Shown piece by piece: positions 63,010 to 64,000 of a stretch of DNA of 64,000 nt; the stretch's first letter is position 1, and every line of letters begins with the position of its first letter. Made by a program: the position numbers and the translations under genes. Below the pieces are notes generated by a model, which did not search any database, was not told the DNA's origin, and was given only the letters and a program-made list of their open reading frames with translations. This DNA comes from Haliotis rufescens (Eukaryota), in assembly GCF_023055435.1 (NCBI RefSeq), contig NW_025964223.1, positions 55,304,001 through 55,368,000 on the forward strand, written 5' to 3'.

Positions 63010-63181
63010 GTGTGAGTGAGTGAGTGAGTTTGGTTTTACGCCGCTTTTAGCAATATTCCAGCAATATCACGGCGGGGGACAGCAGAAATGGGCTTCACAA
63101 ATTGTACCCATGTCGGGAATCGAACCCGGGTCTTCGGCGTGACGAGCGAACGCTTTAACCACTCGGCTACCCGACCGCCCC
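63010..63181 (-). mobile_element. SINE family A with a 12-bp TSD
   Basis: TTGCCATGCTGA at 62998-63009 and 63182-63193. Confidence 0.92.
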
Positions 63182-63638
63182 TTGCCATGCTGAATTAATA
63201 TCTTTTACAATTATTACAAGGTACATCAGTATTTGAACCTACTGTCATGTTACATGCTGTACCTTCTTCTCATGATATGTACCTTGTAAGTTGATGCCTC
63301 TTATGATACAATGACTATGAACACAATGCTATGTACCCTCTGAATTGAATAAAACATTAAAAAAACAAAAAAACTACTTTTTTCACAAATTTACTTAGGT
63401 GATTTTGAAAATAAGGTGATCAAGTTTATGAACAGCCTATAGGTGGAGCTTGAAGTTACAGAGTATATTTTCTAAACTTAATTTATCTGGGGAATATATA
63501 TGTGGAGTGAAACATATGCTATGCTAACAGTTTAGATAATTTGGCATTGTAAGCATAACAGATATTTGACATTAAGAGAAAATAGTTGTATCTGGCAACC
63601 AATTAGAATAAATATTACAATTAGACCCCCAGTTACAA

Positions 63639-63755
63639 TAAATATTTGTATCAGACTACAAAGATTATAATAAATATTTGTATCAGACTACAAAAATTAC
63701 ACTAAATATTTGTAACCGACTACAAAAATTACACTAAATATTTGTATCAGACTAC
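63639..63755. repeat. 32-bp tandem repeat x~3.6
   Basis: TAAATATTTGTATCAGACTACAAAAATTACAC units. Confidence 0.85.
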
Positions 63756-64000
63756 CATTTGCAATAAGTGTTTGATACAAGTAATGATACAGTTTGCCAT
63801 AGATTGAATGATCGCCATCTGGTCATAAATGTCATTCAAGTTTATTGATTATGCATTGTAATCTATATGCCCCGTGTGCCCACAGCAGGGTCAGCTTGAC
63901 CAGCTGCCACACACACACACAGACTGGTTGTCAGACTGGCCGGCCATCTGAGAGCAGCGAGCAGGGCTTTAATAATACCGACACTTGTGTAAAGTAATAT

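Overview
Repeat-rich animal genomic DNA; the SINE repertoire suggests a mollusc, but this is inference only. From left to right: (1) the last six coding exons of a HACE1-type HECT E3 ligase (+, 819-6187). Three of its exon boundaries are each embedded in a tandem repeat built from the gene's own junction sequence: a 74-bp acceptor array, a 94-bp donor array next to the split catalytic Cys codon, and a 44-bp stop-codon array. (2) A 2.9-kb 24-bp minisatellite that produces spurious long ORFs. (3) A ~22-kb head-to-tail array of at least six ~3.85-kb units (with a 144-N gap), each carrying a two-exon atypical Ser/Thr-kinase-fold gene (- strand) with a degenerate catalytic loop (HGDITP[D/A]H), no APE motif and a CRE-rich promoter. 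(4) A complete 11-exon proteasome alpha-1 gene (PSMA1, +, 41189-52086) with two U12-type introns. (5) Many tRNA-derived SINEs, MITEs (Kolobok, hAT, Tc1/mariner, PIF/Harbinger, MULE-like), a Tc1 relic and Penelope-like hammerhead motifs. (6) A possible first exon of another gene at ~62.35 kb. Gene models were built by eye from splice signals and remembered protein families; no searches were run.
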